A DNA stretch of 64,000 nt from a virus (Duplodnaviria; Caudoviricetes), in IMG/VR virus record IMGVR_UViG_3300027963_003275, positions 10,774-74,773 of that record, one strand, 5' to 3'. The notes under the pieces are model-generated. The model was not told where the DNA came from. It did not search any database and saw only the letters and a list, made by a program, of their open reading frames with translations. Position numbers and translations under genes: made by a program. Each line of letters opens with the position of its first letter. Position 1 is the first letter of the stretch. This document shows, in pieces, positions 56,934 to 64,000 of the stretch.

Positions 56934-57662
56934 ATGCCTTTACCAAAGATTTCTACACCCACGTATGAATTGGTTTTACCATCAACTGGAAAAACAATTA
57001 AATACAGACCATTTCTAGTCAAAGAAGAGAAGATATTAATTCTTGCTCTTGAAAGTCAAAGCACAAAAGAAATTACAAATGCAATCAAACAAGTATTAAA
57101 AGATTGTATTGTAACTAGAGGTATTAAAGTAGAAGAACTACCTACTTTTGATATTGAATACATTTTCTTAAATGTTCGTGGTAAGTCAGTTGGAGAAAGC
57201 CTTGATTTGATTATAACTTGTGGTGATGATGGAGAAACACAAGTTCCAGTAACTGTGTTTATTGACCAAATTAAAGTTGAAGAAGACCCAGAACATAAGA
57301 AAGACATTCAACTTGATACTGATTTGGTTTTAAGAATGAAGTATCCTTCATTAGACCAATTCATTAAAACTAATTTTGATTTTAGTTCAAATCAAAGTTC
57401 ATCAAATATCGAAAGGTCTTTTGATATAATCTCTTCTTGTATTGATGTTATTTTTAACGCAGAAGAAAGTTGGTCTGCTGCGGATTCCACTAAAAAAGAA
57501 TTGACTGATTGGATTGAAACTTTAACCCCAAATCAGTTTAAGGAAATTGAAAAGTTTTTTGATACGATGCCTAGACTTTCTCATACCGTGAAAGTTATAA
57601 ATCCAAAAACTAAAGTTGAAAGTGATGTGACGTTGGAGGGTTTAACGTCTTTTTTCGGTTGA
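56934..57662 (+). CDS. gp26: baseplate hub subunit
   Basis: MPLPKI..PTYEL.LPSTG..IKYRPFLVKEEK, FDIEYIFL..R.KSVGE. Confidence 0.93.
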   Translation: MPLPKISTPTYELVLPSTGKTIKYRPFLVKEEKILILALESQSTKEITNAIKQVLKDCIVTRGIKVEELPTFDIEYIFLNVRGKSVGESLDLIITCGDDGETQVPVTVFIDQIKVEEDPEHKKDIQLDTDLVLRMKYPSLDQFIKTNFDFSSNQSSSNIERSFDIISSCIDVIFNAEESWSAADSTKKELTDWIETLTPNQFKEIEKFFDTMPRLSHTVKVINPKTKVESDVTLEGLTSFFG

Positions 57663-57664
57663 GT

Positions 57665-57844
57665 ATGGCTCATATGGAACTAGAGTCATATTTTAGAATC
57701 AATTTTGCCTTAATGCAGTTCCATAAATATTCATTAACTGAGATAGAAGCAATGATTCCTTGGGAGAGGGACATCTACTTAGCACTTTTACAGCAACATA
57801 TTGAAGAAGAAAAATTAAAACAACAGCAGCAACAAAATGGTTAG
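57665..57844 (+). CDS. gp51: baseplate hub assembly protein
   Basis: NFALMQ.HKYSLTEIE.MIPWERDIY. Confidence 0.88.
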   Translation: MAHMELESYFRINFALMQFHKYSLTEIEAMIPWERDIYLALLQQHIEEEKLKQQQQQNG

Positions 57845-59678
57845 TTCTGTTCTTAGTCCAGAAAAAGTAGTAGGAAGACAGAATACAAATAAAACAGCAG
57901 CACAGAACTTTATTTCAGGTGGTTCTGTAGTTGGTGCTTCTGTTGTGAATGGTGCTGCGAATAAAATTGTAGGGTTTCAAAGAGCAGGAGTTCAACCAGC
58001 ACCTTCAGCAACAGGTAGTATTGTAAGCACAATATCTACAAATATTAATAATAATGTAACGAGCACAATTAATAAAACACTCCAAGGGTTTTCTTCTGAT
58101 TATCAAAGAAGATTGAAACAAGTAGATGACGCAAAACCAATTGGAATTCTTGGTAAGTTTTTAAATGTTTATAAGACTGCGTTAGGTTTTATAAACTTCT
58201 TTGGAAATAAAAGAAATATTGATAAGGTAAGAGATAGTTTAGAAGCACTTAAAAAATCATTTACTGAAAGTTTTGAGGTTGCAAAATTAATTCGTCAAGT
58301 TATAATTAAAATTGTAAAACAATTATCTAATCTTCCTGTTGCTTCACCTTCTGGTGGTGGAGGATTGAATCTTGATGTTGATATTCCTGGTGGTGGATTG
58401 AAGAAATCTGCTCCAAGAGGACTTGGAAGAATGATGGGTGGTGGTAAAGGCAAAATGCTTGCTCTTGGTGCTGGGGCATTAGGACTTGGTGCTGCTGGTG
58501 CTGGTGCAGTGAATGCTCTTTCTGATAGTCCACAAGTACAAGCAGCAGGAACATCACCAGAAATTCCTGGAGATATTGCTGATAGGTTTTCTTCAATTGT
58601 TGATAGATTTGCAAATGCAATTAGCAAATTATTTGAAACTAATAAACAAAAATCAAAGCAGCAGCAGCAACAATCTTCTGGTGGTAAAGGAGAGAAAAAA
58701 CAAAAAGAAAAGGAAGATAAAACCAAACCTTCTGGAGAGACTGGTTCTCCTGGTGAAGCAAAAGGAGTTACCACAACTGGAGAAAAGGGAGTATTAGACC
58801 TTATTGCGTCAGTAGAACAAGGACCAGAAGGTTATGATAGTTTTAATACAAGTGCAGGAAAAACAGCAGGCAAAGCATCAGAAAAGACAATTGGATGGCT
58901 AGCAAAAAATGCGAATGGTGCAATTGGAAAATATCAACAAATGCCTCAATTTTTACTTGAAAGGGCTAAAAAAGCTGGATTTGATGAGAATACTAAATTC
59001 ACTCCACAAGTTCAAGATGCTATCACATTAAATGAACTTAAAACCAGTCATGGAATGAATGATTTTTTATCTGGAAAAATAACAGAAGAACAATTTTTAC
59101 AAAAAATTTCTGGAACGTGGAGGGGACTTCCTCAGGGACAAATTAATGCTAATAAACTTGGTGGTACTGTAGATATGACCTACCAAGATGCATCCGCTGG
59201 TAGAAATGCAGCAGGCAAAAAATACACGCAAACTATATCTGAACTAAAAAATATTAGAAGTGGTGGTAATAAACCTATTGTTTCAGCAACACCACAAGTA
59301 GCAGCAGCACCAACACAATCAGTAGCACAACAACAAATCGCACAGCAAGTATCACAACCACCAGCAGCACAAGTAGAAGCAGCAAAAACACCACAAGCAC
59401 AAGCAGCACAAGTAGAAGCAGCAAAAACAGCACAAACTCAAGTAGCACAAAGAGCAGCAGCAGTTTCTCAAATAGCACAATCTCAACCACAAGTAAATTA
59501 TCTTCCTATTGATATGAGTGGTGGAGGACAACAACAATCAGGAGGAGGAGGCAGTAGTGGAGGTGGTGGTGGTGGTTCACAAGGTAGTGGACCATCAGTT
59601 CCATTTTTACCAGCAGGAAATCCTAATAATTTCTTAGTTCTTTATTCTAGAATGGTCTATAATATCGTTGACGGATAA
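57837..59678 (+). CDS. baseplate hub/tape-measure-region protein with lysozyme-like domain
   Basis: LDLIASVE, A.GKYQ.MP..L, FTP..QD, TWRGLP motifs within low-complexity flanks. Confidence 0.7.
   Translation: MVSSVLSPEKVVGRQNTNKTAAQNFISGGSVVGASVVNGAANKIVGFQRAGVQPAPSATGSIVSTISTNINNNVTSTINKTLQGFSSDYQRRLKQVDDAKPIGILGKFLNVYKTALGFINFFGNKRNIDKVRDSLEALKKSFTESFEVAKLIRQVIIKIVKQLSNLPVASPSGGGGLNLDVDIPGGGLKKSAPRGLGRMMGGGKGKMLALGAGALGLGAAGAGAVNALSDSPQVQAAGTSPEIPGDIADRFSSIVDRFANAISKLFETNKQKSKQQQQQSSGGKGEKKQKEKEDKTKPSGETGSPGEAKGVTTTGEKGVLDLIASVEQGPEGYDSFNTSAGKTAGKASEKTIGWLAKNANGAIGKYQQMPQFLLERAKKAGFDENTKFTPQVQDAITLNELKTSHGMNDFLSGKITEEQFLQKISGTWRGLPQGQINANKLGGTVDMTYQDASAGRNAAGKKYTQTISELKNIRSGGNKPIVSATPQVAAAPTQSVAQQQIAQQVSQPPAAQVEAAKTPQAQAAQVEAAKTAQTQVAQRAAAVSQIAQSQPQVNYLPIDMSGGGQQQSGGGGSSGGGGGGSQGSGPSVPFLPAGNPNNFLVLYSRMVYNIVDG
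59363..59435 (+). repeat. 39-bp-period coding repeat (AAQVEAAKT x2)
   Basis: GCAGCACAAGTAGAAGCAGCAAAAACA occurs twice. Confidence 0.85.
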
Positions 59679-61768
59679 TGAAAAAAACACTCTCTTCCCC
59701 ATTAGTTGCTGCGGCAAATAATATTGTTTCACTTGGTTCGAGGTCAAATTCTTTACCGAGATTTCAACGTGAGTATAAAGATTTTGGTAGATTTTTAGAA
59801 GTACAAAATAGATCGTTAGAAAAATTAAAACTACCAGACAAGAAAAAAATAAGAGCACTTGCGAGTTTAAATATCGCAAGTAATTTTGGAAGACCAGGAA
59901 ATCTATTAGGTTCTTTGTTTAGTGGAGCATTAGACCTTGGTGGATTTGTTGGTAATATGTTTCCAGGTAGAGGAAAATTTGGAAAACCACAAAGACCACC
60001 AAAATTAAAACCACCAAAACCAACACTTAGTGGACCACGATTGAAACTGGGTGGTATGAGAGCAGTTGGTGTTGGTAATGCACTCTTTGCTGGACTTGAT
60101 TTTGCGACTGGTCTTGCGGAAGGTGAAAGTGTAGGAAAATCAGCAGCAGGAGCAGGTGGAGCACTTGCTGGTAGTCTTCTTGGAGGAGCAATTGGTCAAG
60201 CACTTATTCCTATTCCTGGACTTGGTTTTGTTGTTGGAAGTATGGCTGGAAGTTTTCTTGGTGGATATACTGCGGATAGGGTATATGAAGGTGGAAGTAC
60301 TCTTAAACAAAAACTTTCTGAAAAATTAAAAGGACAAGAAGGAAAACAAAAGGGCATTGCTTCTGGTCTTATATTTAAGGATACAATAGATAAGTTTGAT
60401 GCTGCTGTGAGTAGATTTGAGAGAGGAGTTGCGATGGGATTGTTTGGAAGTGTTTCTCAGCAGATGGAAGAAAGTCAAGTTGGAGATTGGGAACAAGGGG
60501 AAACAAAAAATGATAAATTTGATTATAATAAAAAGGGAGAAGATGTAGAATTAACTGGAACTGGAGATGAAATATTCCCTTTACCTAGTGGAAATCCTCA
60601 ATTCAATACTTCAACTGGGAATTTTTATTCAATGAGAGGGAAAAGACAACATAAAGGACAAGATATTGGAGTTGACCCAAATAGTCCTGTTGTTTCCTCT
60701 CGTGATGGAACTGTTATAGATGCATATCCTAATGGATATGGGGATGTTGGTGGAGCAGTTATTATCAAATATAGTAATGGGCAACAAGGACTTTACGGTC
60801 ATACAATACCTAATGTAAAAGTCGGGGAAAAAGTTAAGGCCGGACAAAAGATTGCTAAAGTTGCAGATGATGGTGAAAATACACATCTTCATTATATGCG
60901 TAAAGATACAAAAGGCAATTATATAGACCCTTACCCTTTGTTAAAATCCAGCAAATCTGGAGTTTCTCAAGTACAACCAAAAAAAGAAGAGAATAAAAAA
61001 GATTTACAAAAACAATCTCAATTCACAAAAGATGGTGGAGACCAAAAAATAAAACAAGGAAAAGAAAATGTAGTAATTGGTGATAGTATTGCAAAGGGAC
61101 AAATGGATGCGACTGGAAAAAAAGGAAAGGCAGTTGTTGGTGCTTCTCCAGATAAAGTGATGGGATATATTAATGAAATGAACCAAAATGGAAGAATAAA
61201 AGGAAATACAGTTGAGTTATCTTCTGGACTTGCAAATAATGTAAAAGATATTGGAAATGTTCAAAAGCAACTTGAATCATTGAAGTCTATGGGTGCTGCT
61301 TCTGTTTTATTATCAGGAACTGCTAAATCTGGAAATAGAAAAGACCAAATACAAGCAAATAAAGAACTTGCTGCATTAGCAGCAAAATATCCTGGATTTG
61401 TAAGATTTGGTGGTGGATTTACTCCAGGAGCAGATAATGTACATCCTGCCGATGCTGCGGCATATAATAAGCAGTTAACTGCTATGCAAGCAATAGTACA
61501 ACCAGCACCACAAGCACAAGTTGTTCCTGCTGCTGCCCCACCAGTACCTCAAATACAAACTTATCCATCTTATAATCAACCACAATCAAGTATGACTGTA
61601 ATGCCTATAATGATGGGTGGAGGTGGTGGAGGACAACAAAGACCAGTCTATATTCCCGTTGGAGGGGGTGGAGGTGGTGGAACTGTGATTATGCCTGGAC
61701 CAACAGAAGGTCAGGTGGTAAATAGTCTTATGAAAACTATGTTACTCACTAATCTTTCCGCAACGTAA
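59678..61768 (+). CDS. baseplate hub/tape-measure-region protein with M23 peptidase and SGNH-like domains
   Basis: Gly-zipper TM region; HKGQD...YGH...HLHY (M23); IGDSIA...DNVHP (SGNH-like). Confidence 0.75.
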   Translation: MKKTLSSPLVAAANNIVSLGSRSNSLPRFQREYKDFGRFLEVQNRSLEKLKLPDKKKIRALASLNIASNFGRPGNLLGSLFSGALDLGGFVGNMFPGRGKFGKPQRPPKLKPPKPTLSGPRLKLGGMRAVGVGNALFAGLDFATGLAEGESVGKSAAGAGGALAGSLLGGAIGQALIPIPGLGFVVGSMAGSFLGGYTADRVYEGGSTLKQKLSEKLKGQEGKQKGIASGLIFKDTIDKFDAAVSRFERGVAMGLFGSVSQQMEESQVGDWEQGETKNDKFDYNKKGEDVELTGTGDEIFPLPSGNPQFNTSTGNFYSMRGKRQHKGQDIGVDPNSPVVSSRDGTVIDAYPNGYGDVGGAVIIKYSNGQQGLYGHTIPNVKVGEKVKAGQKIAKVADDGENTHLHYMRKDTKGNYIDPYPLLKSSKSGVSQVQPKKEENKKDLQKQSQFTKDGGDQKIKQGKENVVIGDSIAKGQMDATGKKGKAVVGASPDKVMGYINEMNQNGRIKGNTVELSSGLANNVKDIGNVQKQLESLKSMGAASVLLSGTAKSGNRKDQIQANKELAALAAKYPGFVRFGGGFTPGADNVHPADAAAYNKQLTAMQAIVQPAPQAQVVPAAAPPVPQIQTYPSYNQPQSSMTVMPIMMGGGGGGQQRPVYIPVGGGGGGGTVIMPGPTEGQVVNSLMKTMLLTNLSAT

Positions 61769-63057
61769 TGGCAGCAGCAGTAGGTTCATTTAAACCCAAT
61801 TATTTTACCATTCAAACTTTGGATGGTAAGACAACTGTTGATGTTACAAACTCTTGTTTGTTCTTTGATTATTTTGAGGATATTTTATCTCCTTGTGTGA
61901 CTGCTATTGCACAACTAATCAATAGTTCGTCCTTGTTTAATATCTTACCAATTCGTGGTGGAGAGAAAGTTACAATTAGTGTTGATACTGCTTTTGGTGA
62001 GTTTGTGCTTGATGACTTATATGTTTATAAAGTAAGCAACCTTGACGCACAACATTCAAATGAAATGTTTACTTTAAATCTTGTTTCTCGTGAGGGATTA
62101 ACAAATGAGACTTCAAGGTGCCAAACAATTTATAGAGGAAATTTACAAACGACTGTAACTAAAATTCTTAAAGATGATTTGAAGACTAAGAAGTATAAGA
62201 GTGAAAATATAGAAGGAACATCAAATGATTATTCTTTTATTGGAAATAATCGCAAACCATTTCACGTTTTAACTTGGTTGGGACCAAAAGCAGTTCCAGC
62301 AAACGGACAAAATTCAGGAACTTCTGGTGAAGAAGCAAGAGGAACTGCTGGTTTCTTATTTTATGAAAACAAAGATGGATTTAATTTTAGAAGTATTGAT
62401 AGTTTAGTTTCAAGCACAAAGATACAAACAAATAGTGCCGATAAAGAAAATATACCATATTATCTTTTCACTCAGGTGATTGAGGAAAATCAGACAAAAA
62501 CTAATTTTAATATATTAAATTATAATTATGAAAAGAATATTGACTTAATGAAATCATTAAGAGTTGGTATGTATGTAAATAAAACTTATTTTTATGATTT
62601 GTATTCCAATACTTTGGATTTGTATACTTATAAAGTAAAAGACCAAGTTAAGAATAAATTGGGTGGTGCTGAAAGTATTGCCGTATCTGATGAATTTGGT
62701 GATAGTATTTCTCGTATTATGGTGAGAACATCAGATAGGGGAGCATTAAAACCAGATGGTTCAGTGAGTGATAAGTTGAGAAGTGGTGCTGATATGGCTA
62801 TGTCTTATTCTCGGTACAATTTATTGTTCACACAGGCACTAAATATGGTTGTTCCTTGTAATGTTAATTTGAAGGTTGGTGGAATTATTCACGCAGAGTT
62901 TCCACGAATAGATAGAAATACAAATATGACATCAGATGAAGAGCAAAGTGGATATTATTTAATTAAAGAATTAAGACATCATTTTGAGGGTGGACAAATG
63001 GTTACAAGTTTAAGATTGCTTCGTGATAGTTACGGTCTTTATAGTTCAAATAAATAA
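61768..63057 (+). CDS. baseplate hub protein (gp27-like)
   Basis: YFEDILSP, LPIRGGE, FYE..DGFNF.SID.L, SGYYLIKEL.H.F. Confidence 0.7.
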   Translation: MAAAVGSFKPNYFTIQTLDGKTTVDVTNSCLFFDYFEDILSPCVTAIAQLINSSSLFNILPIRGGEKVTISVDTAFGEFVLDDLYVYKVSNLDAQHSNEMFTLNLVSREGLTNETSRCQTIYRGNLQTTVTKILKDDLKTKKYKSENIEGTSNDYSFIGNNRKPFHVLTWLGPKAVPANGQNSGTSGEEARGTAGFLFYENKDGFNFRSIDSLVSSTKIQTNSADKENIPYYLFTQVIEENQTKTNFNILNYNYEKNIDLMKSLRVGMYVNKTYFYDLYSNTLDLYTYKVKDQVKNKLGGAESIAVSDEFGDSISRIMVRTSDRGALKPDGSVSDKLRSGADMAMSYSRYNLLFTQALNMVVPCNVNLKVGGIIHAEFPRIDRNTNMTSDEEQSGYYLIKELRHHFEGGQMVTSLRLLRDSYGLYSSNK

Positions 63058-63062
63058 GAGAA

Positions 63063-63272
63063 ATGGAACTACAAGAACTTATTAACGATATATGTGAGGA
63101 ATTAGAAAATTTCTCGTCAAATAAACAAAGAAAGAGATATTTGAACGCATATCTAGAAGAACTTTTAGAATATCAAAAGCACCATCCAGATGCTATTGGA
63201 ATACCAAGTTCATTAGAAATATTTTGTGATTTAAACCCAAACGCATTGGAGTGTAGAATTTACGATGATTGA
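63063..63272 (+). CDS. cp12: CP12 Calvin cycle inhibitor, phage type
   Basis: C-terminal LEIFCDLNPNALECRIYDD; position just before gp5. Confidence 0.9.
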   Translation: MELQELINDICEELENFSSNKQRKRYLNAYLEELLEYQKHHPDAIGIPSSLEIFCDLNPNALECRIYDD

Positions 63273-64000
63273 AGAGGCTTTATTAAAATCCAATTATATT
63301 GGAAAGGATGGTTTCAGTTGGTGGATAGGGCAAATTGCTCACCCAGATTATTGGAAAAAAGCAGCAGATTATTTTAATGGTGATTGGAACTATCGTTGTA
63401 AAGTAAGAATTATTGGTTATCATCCCTTTTCTGGTTCTGTTTTAAGTGATGAGGATTTACCTTGGGCACAGGTAATGATAGATCCTGCCTTTGGTAGTGC
63501 TCAAGGTGGAACAGGAAAAACATTAGACTTAAAAGGTGGAGAAACTTGTTTTGGTTTTTTCTTGGATGGTGATGACGCACAACAACCAGTAGTTCTTGGT
63601 CTTCTTCATAGAAGTGATGGAGTTAAGAATTTAATTAGTGAGCAGAATGTAAAAGCAGATATGAGTTCAGGATTTAAACCATTTACTGGTCATCCTGGAG
63701 GTAAAGTACGAGCAACACAAAGAGAAGTAAGACAAAATAAAGAAGTAGACCAAGCAAATCCAACAGCATCTACAACACAGGAAACTTCACCAATACCAAT
63801 TTCGTTTGCTGATGCAGCAAATCTTGACTTGGGACTTGATACTAGTGGTGTCCCAAAAAATAGTGTTTCTTGGGATAGTGCAAAAGGATTTACAACAAAT
63901 ATTAACGCATTTGATCCCAAATTAAATTTATTTGGGGATAAATTGGTCTGTCAGGCTCAATCAACTTATGGTATAGAAAAAAAATGTGATAAAACTTATA
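63265..64000 (+). CDS. gp5: baseplate hub / tail spike gp5, N-terminal part (runs off window)
   Basis: MIEEALLKSNYIGKDGFSWWIGQI...KVRIIGYHP...DLPWAQV...GFFLDGDDAQQPVVLG OB-fold motifs. Confidence 0.9.
   Translation, partial: MIEEALLKSNYIGKDGFSWWIGQIAHPDYWKKAADYFNGDWNYRCKVRIIGYHPFSGSVLSDEDLPWAQVMIDPAFGSAQGGTGKTLDLKGGETCFGFFLDGDDAQQPVVLGLLHRSDGVKNLISEQNVKADMSSGFKPFTGHPGGKVRATQREVRQNKEVDQANPTASTTQETSPIPISFADAANLDLGLDTSGVPKNSVSWDSAKGFTTNINAFDPKLNLFGDKLVCQAQSTYGIEKKCDKTY

Overview
This is 64 kb of an AT-rich T4-like (Kyanoviridae-type) cyanomyovirus genome, probably freshwater. The order is: primase, nrdAB; two large late proteins that look like internal virion proteins; GIY-YIG nuclease, tail-type lysozyme, tRNA-Gly, an SLH-domain outer-membrane protein, Dps, an orphan Phd-like antitoxin and tRNA-Ile(UAU); a ~19.4 kb island of about 21 sugar-nucleotide, glycosyltransferase and methyltransferase genes (GDP-fucose and heptose pathways); hli; a lysis-like block with two hydrolases sharing an N-terminal domain; an inverted operon of three secreted proteins; psbA with an antisense EndoVII-type homing endonuclease; two paralogous Gly-rich fibre-like genes; glutaredoxin; a tandem glutamine-riboswitch-like element; thyX, phoH, gp33, gp59, gp32; then the baseplate cluster (split gp53, gp48, gp2, gp4, gp54, gp26, gp51, hub proteins), CP12 and the start of gp5. 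The most unusual observations are: (1) a riboswitch-like aptamer whose P2 loop holds a whole 50-codon ORF; (2) a duplicated psbA promoter/leader broken off mid-hairpin in front of an inserted gene; (3) substitutions at conserved D1 positions next to the homing endonuclease; (4) promoters repeatedly built into terminator hairpins; (5) the glycan island with its surface-protein neighbours. All calls come from reading motifs by eye; no database searches were run.
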